Positions 48,203 through 57,989 of a stretch of 64,000 nt of DNA are shown here, one piece after another. Each line of letters starts with the position of its first letter. Position 1 is the first letter of the stretch. This DNA comes from Coniocarpon cinnabarinum (lineage: Eukaryota), in contig JAVECO010000121.1 in NCBI GenBank assembly GCA_051942205.1, forward strand, positions 1 through 64,000, given 5' to 3'. The notes beneath the pieces were generated by a model, which saw only the letters and a list, made by a program, of their open reading frames with translations, was not told where the DNA came from and did not search any database. A program made the position numbers and the translations under genes.

Positions 48203-50002
48203 TCACGGTGGTGCGGTCCCACAAAGGCCACAGCGACCCGCGTCCTCAGGACTCACATATCCCAGACTTTGACATGTTGCATTCTGACATCGCCACCAGC
48301 GTGTCAATCGCGAGGTGTCGAGAACGTGACTGCAGGCGGCACATGTAAGTGACATGGCGGGGTTGGACAGGGAGCAAATGGGACAAGTCTGTTCTTGCTG
48401 CTCAGGTATTGTTGGCATTGCTGGTGAAGTCGCAGAAGCTACTGATGGGGAACGGAGTTTGAGCGTGGGATTCTTTGATGCTCCGTTGGAAGTGTGAGCT
48501 GTCGTTTGATCTTGTGGGCGCGTGGAGGCAGAAGGAGGTGGAGCACATGAATATGATGATCCAGTATCGTGGGTTTGAGAGGACGTGGAGCTTGGTCTCG
48601 TCACTTTTTGCAGGGCTTGTGGATGTGAGTAGTCGTCTGTGCTCGTGCCGGCTTCATCTTTGTTGGGCGGCGCTGGACTTGGCGCAGCTATTGAGGCGTC
48701 GTCTTGGGGGTCTGGAGTTGAAGTCTTTGAGTTACTGCTGAGTTCTTGGTGATTTTGAGCTGTGAATGCAGCAGTATCGTCAGTGCCGGGCTTAGGTGAG
48801 TCTCTGGACTTCCTGGTCGCGTTGACACGCTTCTGAGGTGTGCTCGACGGCGGCCGCTGTCTTCGTGTGAACTCAGGTGGCGCCGTGTCAATTTGGTGGA
48901 CCTCGTCCAAGTCCTCGTCCTCGGTTGTCGATTCATCGTCAGCCGTTCTCATCGCCTCCTTGGTATGTTGATCGCGACGCTTCAATTTGGACCTCTGATA
49001 TGAAAAGCCGTTCATCTGTGACAGCTCCACCATCTCGTTTCGCGCATCTTGGTCGTCGCCATCTTCGTCATCGCACACCTTCACCATGCCATTCTCCCCT
49101 TCACTAACCTCGTCACCCGACCCATCCTCATACTCATCCACAGTCTCTTCCTCCTCACCACCGCCACCGTTGTCTTGATCCTCTCGCCTCAGCTCCTCGT
49201 CAGCCTCCCTCTCCGCCTTCTCCCTTTTCATCCTCAACTCCACTGCCATCGCTCTCAAGTCCCGACCCCGCTTGCTCTTCGCCACCCTCGGCGCCGCATC
49301 CTTTAGCTTTCCCTTCTCAAGATACCTCCTGACCGCCTCGTCGCCACCCAAATCCTGTCCCTCCTTGCCAAACTTCTTCTCAATCCGGCGCTGCTTTCTC
49401 TCGGCATAGCTCAATTTTTCGCCGCCACCCTGAGTATTGGCCCCACGTCGCCGCTTCCGCCCTCGCCGTCGATACGTCCCACCGCACAAGTTCTGCGGCA
49501 TCTCATCCGCATCGGGCATCCGTGCATGATCAAACGCGCCGGACTCCAATGCCCGTCCCCGTCCCCACATTCCCTCTCCTGTATACCCCCTTCCCCAAAG
49601 GCCCCGCATCTCCTCCGCATACCCATTCCTGACTGCCCAGAACGCGCGCGAGTGGTTCATCTGCACGCAGTGCGCCAACTCGTGCATCATGACCATTTGC
49701 ACGTATCCAAAGGGAAGCCATCGATCCCCTGCGCCCCCTGTTTTCAAAAGCGGATGCAACACGAGTTGGATGATTTCGCCGCCGTTGAAGTTGCGGCCGA
49801 CGAACTCGCGGTTGGGTTCGTGCTCTTCGAGTGTTGTGACCGAGAGAGAATGAGATTTCATGATAGGGAGGCATTGGGCAGCGATGCGGGAGAGGAATTG
49901 GTGGGCGATGTCACTAGTTGGGCCCAGAAGAGGCTTAATGAAGGTGATGTGGTCGTTGGGGTGGCGCTGGCGTTGGTTTAGGCGTTGAATACCCAACGGC
50001 AT
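48203..50002 (-). CDS. WLM-domain zinc metalloprotease (Wss1-like) with C-terminal Cys-rich zinc fingers
   Basis: LEEHEPNREFVGRNFNGGEIIQLVL, VMMHELAHCVQMNHSRAFW (HExxH), and C-terminal CPICS...CAAC and WRCQNATC...CGLC. Confidence 0.9.
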   Translation of the reverse strand: MPLGIQRLNQRQRHPNDHITFIKPLLGPTSDIAHQFLSRIAAQCLPIMKSHSLSVTTLEEHEPNREFVGRNFNGGEIIQLVLHPLLKTGGAGDRWLPFGYVQMVMMHELAHCVQMNHSRAFWAVRNGYAEEMRGLWGRGYTGEGMWGRGRALESGAFDHARMPDADEMPQNLCGGTYRRRGRKRRRGANTQGGGEKLSYAERKQRRIEKKFGKEGQDLGGDEAVRRYLEKGKLKDAAPRVAKSKRGRDLRAMAVELRMKREKAEREADEELRREDQDNGGGGEEEETVDEYEDGSGDEVSEGENGMVKVCDDEDGDDQDARNEMVELSQMNGFSYQRSKLKRRDQHTKEAMRTADDESTTEDEDLDEVHQIDTAPPEFTRRQRPPSSTPQKRVNATRKSRDSPKPGTDDTAAFTAQNHQELSSNSKTSTPDPQDDASIAAPSPAPPNKDEAGTSTDDYSHPQALQKVTRPSSTSSQTHDTGSSYSCAPPPSASTRPQDQTTAHTSNGASKNPTLKLRSPSVASATSPAMPTIPEQQEQTCPICSLSNPAMSLTCAACSHVLDTSRLTRWWRCQNATCQSLGYVSPEDAGRCGLCGTAPP

Positions 50003-50120
50003 CGTGTCAGTTGGAGGGAAGGATTGGGTAGTTGATTGCTTGATGAGGTGATGCTCACCTTTAAGCGGTGTGGCTCTACATGGTGAGGTTGTTAAAAGAG
50101 GAAGTAGTCAAAGTTGATTC

Positions 50121-50174
50121 ACGCGTTCGAGATATAGGATAAATGACGTCATATTCTTAGCTTTCTAAACGCGT
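50121..50174. promoter_or_regulatory. Two MCB-type ACGCGT sites flanking a perfect CRE/ATF palindrome upstream of the WLM gene
   Basis: ACGCGT at 50121-50126 and 50169-50174; ATGACGTCAT at 50143-50152. All lie 120-170 bp upstream of the ATG at 50002. Confidence 0.55.
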
Positions 50175-50387
50175 TTTAGGAAGTCAAACGAAATGCTTGG
50201 TCTGCACTATAGATCTAGGATTATCTCGTTAAGACTGTGTTGATAAGTCGTCTCTATCCTTCATTGAATCTCTGTAAAGCGCTATGGTCATGTATTAGAA
50301 GTGATGCGCATCGTTCTCCAGACCATGCACCAAAGGATGCGAAGGAGCACAGCCTTGGCCCAGAAAAATGATAATGCGGAAAGCATG

Positions 50388-50413
50388 AAAAAAAAAAAAA
50401 GAAAAAAAAAAAA
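50388..50413. repeat. Poly(A) tract
   Basis: Two long A runs separated by a single G. Confidence 0.9.
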
Positions 50414-50550
50414 AGAACACATGGAAAGAAGCCATTATGGGCGCAAAAAGCACATCTATGTTCATTCAATTTCGGATAAAAATAATACACCGAGACTAGC
50501 TCAGCGTTATCCATATGCGTGCTCATATCATGCCTCGTGTCGATCCCTCC

Positions 50551-50608
50551 AACGCCACGCTATGCTATGCCATGCCATACCATGCCACGCTATGCAATGC
50601 AATGCAAT
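50551..50608. repeat. Degenerate pentanucleotide microsatellite, A(C/T)GC(A/C/T)
   Basis: acgcc acgct atgct atgcc atgcc atacc atgcc acgct atgca atgca atgca, just downstream of the gene ending at 50642. Confidence 0.85.
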
Positions 50609-50641
50609 TCAAAAATCCTGCGTCTGACTCTCATCCCCGCT

Positions 50642-52066
50642 TTACTCAGGCCCACCCGGGCCCAACTCCAAGGATTTCATCGCTTGTCGATCAATTGACC
50701 GATGTCGTCGCGCATGCTCATGCGCATGAATGGGCGACGGCATCCGTGCGAGGGTCGTAGCCTCCGAGCGCTTTTGCTTCTGAACAGCAGAGAGTTGACC
50801 GTTTTGGATGACATACACGGGATTGCCTGCAGGAACGGTCACGACTTTCATGCCGCCGGCTGGAGCTGCTGGTGCTGCTGGTGCCGCTGCGGCGGCGGGA
50901 GCGGCTGATGGCGCGGGTTGGAAGTTCTTGAGGCCGAGTGGCGAGACTGAGGAGGGAGCTGGTGCGACGCTTGCTGGAGCGGCGGGCGCTGCGGGCGCTG
51001 CTGGAGCTGCTGGAGCATGAGAAGCAGCAGGAGCAGCAGCAGCTGGAGAGGTTGGAGCAGCTGGAGGAGCGGCAGCGGGTGGAGCAGCAGGCGCGGAGGT
51101 GGGTTGAGGTGAGCCAGGAGCGCCGTAGTTAGGAGAGGGCTCCGCACCGGGGTTCGGCACCTTCGCACCCATGATCTTGCTTGCGTAGCCCGGTTGAGCC
51201 GTACTCATTGGATCCTGCTGAACCAGAGTGTGTTGATCAAAGGCCGGTGCTGGAGGGTTCGCCACGACATCGAAGTCGGTGCAGGTGGTGTAGAACTCGT
51301 CCTTGCCGTTGGGCAAGCCGGGGTCAGGAACTTGTCCGGCGCCTTCGGTGGCAGCTTGCTGAGTGGGGAGAGTGCGCCAGTCCCAGACCCAGTAGGTCGT
51401 GTATTTGCCTTGGCCGAGGGGCGCGCTTTTGGGAATGGTAACGTAGGTGTTGCACCAGAGCTCAACCTGCGACGTGGGCTGGCCCTTGACGTGGTCCGGG
51501 AATTGCTGCTGGCGCTGTGTGGAGAGCTGCGAGCCGGAGAGCTGATGACAGCGACCATCGTCGTAGTTCTGCGCAGCGAGGAGAACGCCCTTGCCGTCGC
51601 CGCCCTTGCCATCGGCGGTCCACTTCAGGATGTCCATGAGCTTGGCGTTGGGATCCGGCTGGGTGGTGCCGAACACGAAGACAGAGCCGCCGGAGGGCTG
51701 CTTCGCTTTCTGGTTCAGAGGCTGAGTGACGTGGCCGTTTTCGAGATACTTGATTGCGATCGTGGATCCGGGAGCGACTTGCAGGCGTGGGTAATTGGGT
51801 GTGTTGCTGGGGTTGCGCTGGCTGGTGTGGCACATGAAGTCGGTGTTGTCGATGCGCGAGCGCTTGGATTCGGCGGAGGGAAGCATCCACATCATAGAGT
51901 TGCCAGTGTAGCCGGGGTCAGTGCGCGCCACGTAGCCTCGAGGATACCCGTTCGTGAGGAAATTGCCCTTGTCGTCCATGAGGGACATTTGCTCGATCCA
52001 TGAGTGGGCGCTGACACCGGGCAAGAGCGCCGCAGCCATGACGCTGAGAGCTGTGAATGTTTTCAT
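50642..52066 (-). CDS. Secreted protein with putative copper histidine-brace (LPMO-like) N-terminal domain and Ala/Pro-rich tail
   Basis: Signal peptide MKTFTALSVMAAALLPGVSA followed by HSWIEQ (His at +1). Second His in YLENGHV, then YWVWDW and DEFYTTCTD; four Cys; long A/P linker. The CDS is secure, while the LPMO function is inferred. Confidence 0.8.
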   Translation of the reverse strand: MKTFTALSVMAAALLPGVSAHSWIEQMSLMDDKGNFLTNGYPRGYVARTDPGYTGNSMMWMLPSAESKRSRIDNTDFMCHTSQRNPSNTPNYPRLQVAPGSTIAIKYLENGHVTQPLNQKAKQPSGGSVFVFGTTQPDPNAKLMDILKWTADGKGGDGKGVLLAAQNYDDGRCHQLSGSQLSTQRQQQFPDHVKGQPTSQVELWCNTYVTIPKSAPLGQGKYTTYWVWDWRTLPTQQAATEGAGQVPDPGLPNGKDEFYTTCTDFDVVANPPAPAFDQHTLVQQDPMSTAQPGYASKIMGAKVPNPGAEPSPNYGAPGSPQPTSAPAAPPAAAPPAAPTSPAAAAPAASHAPAAPAAPAAPAAPASVAPAPSSVSPLGLKNFQPAPSAAPAAAAAPAAPAAPAGGMKVVTVPAGNPVYVIQNGQLSAVQKQKRSEATTLARMPSPIHAHEHARRHRSIDRQAMKSLELGPGGPE

Positions 52067-52770
52067 TGTTGTTTTCTCGTATAAAATCTTCTGGCCAGCA
52101 GAACGATGTGTTAGAAGTGAACGGTTAATAACGTGCGTCGTCGAGATGTTGAGTCCGTCGAGCTGGCGGCTTGTCGATGGAAGCGCTACTGTTTAGACGA
52201 TCCACGCGTGGACACAGAGATGATCTTGCTCAAAGGAGAGACTGTGCGGTCCGAGGACTTGAAAGAACGACGGCTAAGTACTGTCAAAGAAAGTGAAGGG
52301 CAAAAGTCGCACACAGTGCGAGAGACACACAGCGTCTCGAAGAAGCGAAAACAGAGTGAGAAGAACGTTAGGTACAGTGCAGCGCAGCTGAGAGTACAAC
52401 AGCAAGGATAGGGCAAGATACTTAGGTGTAGGTCGGGTGTGGTAAGAAAAGTGGAGGATGAGGTCGGCCTGCTAGTGCAAACAAGACACTGTTTTGCCAT
52501 GGCGGACCCGGCAACGAAATTGGGAGTTCGTAGCCTGGCAACCATGTTTGCTACGCTTCGGCTATAGAAGGGACAAACCATAGACTGCTCCTAGGTGGTG
52601 GGCTCAAGGACCGCAGTGAGGCAAAGACTGGGGTGGCCCACCTACTGTCAGAGGTGTTTGCATCTGTCAGAGCCAATGGCGGAGGGATGGGGCAAGGAAC
52701 CATAGCCGCTGTGCATCTGAGACAGCGGCCGAGTCGCAGGGTCTTTCGATCGACGTCCAGTGCTCGCATA

Positions 52771-53025
52771 GCGGTTGAGCCTCACTGAGGGCTCTAAAGA
52801 AAGCGCGCTTGTTTGACAGTCTGTTGTGTGCTTTGCGCTTCGCGTCCCTCCTCCTCCCCCGCCCTCCTCACCCATCCACCACCTCCCCCACCCACCATCC
52901 CGCGGTCGAGCCTCAGTGAGGAATCTAAAGAAAGCGCGCTTGTTTGACACTCTGTTATTCATCTGGATCGTCACCGCTTGAGCCTCACTGAGATTCTAAA
53001 GAAAGCGCGCTTGTCTCACACTCTG
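52771..53025. repeat. Three dispersed ~55-bp direct repeats, each with two internal palindromes
   Basis: Copies at 52771-52825, 52902-52956 and 52974-53025. Consensus GAGCCTCA(C/G)TGAG-n2/3-TCTAAAGAAAGCGCGCTTGT(T/C)T(G/C)ACA(C/G)TCTG. Confidence 0.92.
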
Positions 53026-53555
53026 ACGTGTACTCGAAGCGTGCCTGAGATTAACAGCTGATGTAAACGCGCAAATGGATGGCAACATTCGGCTATCCGG
53101 CTCATCTGAATCAGAAATGCAGAGCGACAAGCCTCTACATCCCGAACTTTGCATTTACAAAGGCCACAGACACTAAGTGACGAGTGACGGACAAAGAACG
53201 CACAGTGAGGGGAGAGGCGAGGTCAGACGAACGACGCGTCTGAAACAGCGTTTAGAGCGAAGCTCGCGTCTGCCCCGTGATTGGATCACATTTCGCCCCA
53301 AGTCTGGCGGCTGCATCCGCCTGTTCCAGGCCCCAATGACTCGCCTCATGCTTCGTTTAAGGTTGCTGAGATAGACGCGCATCCCTACTTATACCAGGCC
53401 TCAAATTCTTCCATAGCTATCATATATACCTCGTGATTCCGAAGTGGCTCATCAAATGTCACCGTAGAGATGCCTCCCGCTATCGTGGCTACAATACTCA
53501 TACAAATGTACAAAGTTCATCGCATCATTGTGCATTGCCAGAGTCAGTCATTTTC

Positions 53556-56500
53556 TTACCATCCTTGGTAGTATGTCATGCCGTCAGTGTTCGCCATGGC
53601 GCCAAAGTTGAACATGGGATCGCCCATAAACATGCTCGATAGGTCCGCGTCCGTCGTGCCCATGGCCATTTGCATCGCTTGGTCAAACCCCACGCCCATG
53701 TTAAAGTCCCCGGCATCTCCTACGGCGTTGGGATCAAAGCTCGATGTCGGTTGGGATGTCGCGCTATCTGCCGGTCGCTGATAAAACCCTTGGCCAGGCG
53801 TGATGGACGTCTGCTGCATGTGTTGAGCGGACGAAGAACGAGGCATCTGGACGCCGGAGCTGCTCTGTGACGAGAGCGGGGGGTTGCTCGAATCGGAGTT
53901 GTGGGTCGCCACGGCACTGAGCACGTGCAGCGGCGTTGAGGTATTAGGGAATCGATTTTGCTGCTGTTGCGAATGACGGGACGTAGAATGCACAGGGTCG
54001 GACCGGTGCGGGACGGGTGTGTCGCGGTGCTGTGGATCTCGAATGATGTCTTCGGCGTGTTGGGTTGCTGCCCACGGGTTGAACTTGGAAGCGTCGCGTG
54101 GGACATTCTTATTGTCTTTGTTATTCGTGAACCACTCTCGCAGCTTGCCTAGGATAAGCAAAAACTTGTTGGCGGGCCGGAAGGATTCCTCGTCGTCGAT
54201 GGTATGGAAGATGCGCAGCAGTGTGTCTAAGTGATGCTCGACCTGCAGATCTTCTTTACTGATCACCTTTGCCACTTCGGAACCCGGTGCAGAGACGGCA
54301 AAGTACAGTTTGATAAGTACCACGACGGCGTACGCTACGCGAACAAAGTAGAAGATGGGCAATGCCCGGATGGTCGAAATGTCCATGTTAAAAAAGGATT
54401 GCATGGTCCCATGCACCGCTGTCAAGCACTCAGACAGTGCTTTCGAATGCGAAGGCGACAGGATGACACTCTGTCCAGAAGCAGCACGAAGAGACTCCTC
54501 AGTGAAAGGTGCACGAAAGTCGTCAATGTTGTGGTTGATGTGCAGTGCTACCTCGTGCATGTACAGTCCGGTGACGTGCTCATTGAATTGCAGCTGCCCG
54601 TTCCATGCGGCGGACGACGACGCTGCTTTGCTCCAGAACTTGAGCTGGGCCTCAAATTGTTTCAGAGCGTGCTGGACGCGTGGATCTGACATCGATATCG
54701 TTGCCGATGGGTCGTCCATCGAAAATTGGTGGCCAATCTCCTCGCTGATATGCTGAAGGCGAACAAATTGACAAAGCAGTTTATCGGTCTGCAAGGCGAC
54801 GTCCGACGTTTCGAGAACCTCAAGACTTTCATCCATGTAGCAGGACCATCGGATGAGGTTCGGCCGTCTCAGTGTCATCGCGGTGCTACGAGGCGCTTTT
54901 AGTAACCACAACTCCCCGATTGGCGTGTCTGAGATCGTTTGACATGACTTACTTTGCGCATAAAAAGTAGCAACCCATCCAAGTTCTTCGTGCCTCCAGT
55001 GTTCCTGGATTCATCAAGTACTTCGGCATGCGAGCCTGCTCGCTTCCGGTCTGAGGCCTGCCTGATCTGGATCCCGGCGCGCATTTGCCCATGCCGACGT
55101 CAATAGCCATTGTTGCCGCGATGTGAGCCATCTGATAAAAGTTCATCTGTTCGTACCTTTTTGGAGGTCGATACCATGTCGTTGCGATTATGAGAGCTTG
55201 AACCAGCTCCAGGCTTTTGCCTCCTAAGCGTACTATGCAATTTGCGAATGTGTCCAATAGCAGTTCAGTTAGCTCGTCCTGCGGCTCCAATGGCATCATG
55301 CCGACTGACGCCGCAACAATGATGGACAGGAATAAAATGGGCTTTTGTGTCCGTATCTGATGTGCCGTGGTCTGAGGTGTGAATACCACAGCTGGCATAT
55401 GCTGAGCCATTTCAACGACATAGCGGTCAAAGATCCGGTTTGCGTTGCGATCATCCAACACGACCTCGATCTTGCGGCTCAAGCTAGATGCAACGCGCTG
55501 AAGAGTATCAGGCGCTGGATCATCTCGAGCGGATTTAAGCACTGAGCGCCTTGTTTGCGGGGGTTGCTTGTCTAAATCAAAAGAGGAGACTTGGTCAGCC
55601 CCGAGACATTGCCGGTGAATGACAATCAAATCGAATGCTCACCATAAGGCACGTCAGACAGACGTCTCTTCTGCACCAGCGACCTCTCCGCGGACTCCCT
55701 ATGTCTCTGCGCAGGATCACTCGACCCATCTCGATATGATGAATCGGGTGGTCCGCGAGAGCTTTGCGAACCATAGCTGTGTGATGAATCCGGGGAAGAC
55801 ACATTGGCAGGTCCATGGCGATGCTGTGGACCTTCAGGTGATGACATGCTCGCCTGATGTTGCGAGTTGAGCGAGGCGGTCAGGGCATCGATCTTTTTCT
55901 CGAGCTCCGCGACCCTGCTGTCTGTCTTCTTCTGTCTCTTGCGGCTAGGAGCTGTGATGATGCATTGCCGCTTGGCCTTGGCGCATCTTTTGCACGGCGC
56001 GTCTGGGTTGTCGGGGTCTTGATCGCAGCGCACTTTCAGGCCTCGACACGCCTCACAAGCGCGCGATCGCTTGGGATCGTTGGCATCGTTGCTGTCGCGT
56101 CCCCGTCAGCAGAGGACCTCATTAAATGGCGAGCAGCAGGCGCGAGTCTAAGAGACCGCAACTGTATGCAAACATACACATCGGTGGGCGAGGGTCCTGA
56201 GTCAGGATGCTCGTCTGCAGGCTCATCTGAACGATATTGCGGACTGTCATAGCGCTGCACGTGTGGTGTCACCGAGGCGCCGGCAACTGCTTGCTGCAGC
56301 GCAGGTGTGTGGGCCTGTTGTGAAGGCGGCGGCGGCTGCGCCTGAGTCGGGTGGTAGTAGGACTGCGGGTAGGGAGGATGGTGGGGAATAGGGTATGGAT
56401 GGGACTCGGAGCTGGTGGACTGGATCCGTGGTAGTCGAGGTGGCGGAGGGTTGGAGTAGCCGTAGACGGGAGTGTGCAGAGCAGCCTGGTGATGCTGATG

Positions 56501-56632
56501 CTGATGCTGCTGCTGCTGTTGTTGCTGGTGCTGCTGTGCGCGCTCAGAGGACTGCGGTGGGGCCGAGGCGTACTGCTCGTCGGGATGCTGGGAGGGATAT
56601 CGTTGGCGTGCGTCGAGGTTGGCAGTGGACAT
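53556..56632 (-). CDS. Zn(II)2Cys6 transcription factor with fungal-specific TF middle domain (War1-like); multi-exon
   Basis: Spliced RSRACEACRGLKVRCDQDPDNPDAPCKRCAKAKRQC, coiled coil RVAELEKKIDAL, poly-Q/H N-terminus, and middle homology motifs KSLELVQALII..TW and EARRTWMGCYFL. Confidence 0.92.
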
Positions 56633-57989
56633 GTCTGTCACTGCCAGGCAGCGTGGACTGTTCGGCTTTGGGGGAAAGTCCTAGTGGACAGTGGATCGCG
56701 TGGTCGTTTTCTCCGTCTGGGTGTTCGGATATCGGGGTGGGACGCCACCGGCCGGCCGAACAAGCGTCCAAGCAGCGCAATGGCAACGTCAATCCCTTAC
56801 GCTCTACGGAACGGTGTGTATAAGATCATCTACAGCGAAACACACCCAGCCTTCCCCCGCGGCCAATCACTTGCTCCGCGACGTGGAGGAGCAAGGGTCG
56901 TGGATGGACAAGTCGGATAGGCACTGACTGGGCCGGCCAGCTGCAGAGCGACCGTTGCAAGGCTTCATTCCACGCTTCTGAGATGACATGCCCGCGGACC
57001 AAGTACAATTCGACACATCCTTCGCAGCCATGCCCGGGGCACACGGCTGGGCGTGCACGCGGTAGACGCTGCGACTCCATTGTCCCCCACGCCGCTCATC
57101 CTGCCTTATTCTTACTGTCCCACTATTCGTGGGATCCTCGTGTTGGCGTGGTGGCCTGCATTCGCGATGTGGCTTAGCGGATTATGCCACTCCTATACTA
57201 TATGTGTACCTCCTCGTCACTGGCAGCATACTCGAGTCTTACCATGCCGCCCGAGTTTCGAAAGGCACTCGGCCACGAAGCGCGACGACGCAGTCCGTGA
57301 TCCCGTGCGTCTCGACAAGGGCATCGGCAGACTTTCAACATGGCACTCAGTACGCCAAGAGAGCATCTGCACCTACACGATCCGCGGCAACTACAACGCG
57401 GCGAGAACCTCAAATGACTTTGCACGGTGCTTGGTCGTGGCCCCTGCGCGGGTCCAGTGTGTAGATCGTTGGATTGCTATTTCAGAGCATTCGTCATCAT
57501 TGTCTTCGTAGCCTCTTCCCTCTCCCAAGACGCTTCCCTCACCCTTCAAAGCGTTTCATCATCATCAACGTCGTCATCTTCCCGCTTCTCCGTATCGTCA
57601 TCAGTCATTCCATTGTGGTCATTGTCTTTGCAGTCGTCCGACTGTACAGGTCATGTGAGCGACCGGCGCGGTGTGAACGTCGTCCGTGCGGCTGAATGTC
57701 TTTGTTTGTGACTGTGAGATCGTTACCGTAGAGTCGTTTCGAAAAGCTCGTTGTCAATCTAGACCTTTCTCTCCAATACTCAACACGGTCATCATCTTCG
57801 GGTGAGGGCGGATCGATGCCCTCCCCATGCTGGTCATAAAGTCGTTAAGAAGTGAACAGCGATAATCGCTTGTGCCAGTCTTAGCCAAAACGGCTACGGG
57901 CGAGCAGAGGCACTTTCCTTCCCAGTGCAGCCCACGTCGCAGATGGCGAAGAACTTTTTTGTTGCAGGACAAAAACCTCCCACGCAAAT

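Noticed and set aside
51194..52003. 269-aa plus-strand ORF opposite the His-brace gene
   Set aside because: Antisense shadow of GC3-rich coding sequence; no independent features.
52771..53025. CRISPR-like repeat-spacer array
   Set aside because: Eukaryotic context, only three ~55-bp repeats, very unequal spacers (76 and 17 bp) and no cas genes. Retained instead as a regulatory-type repeat.
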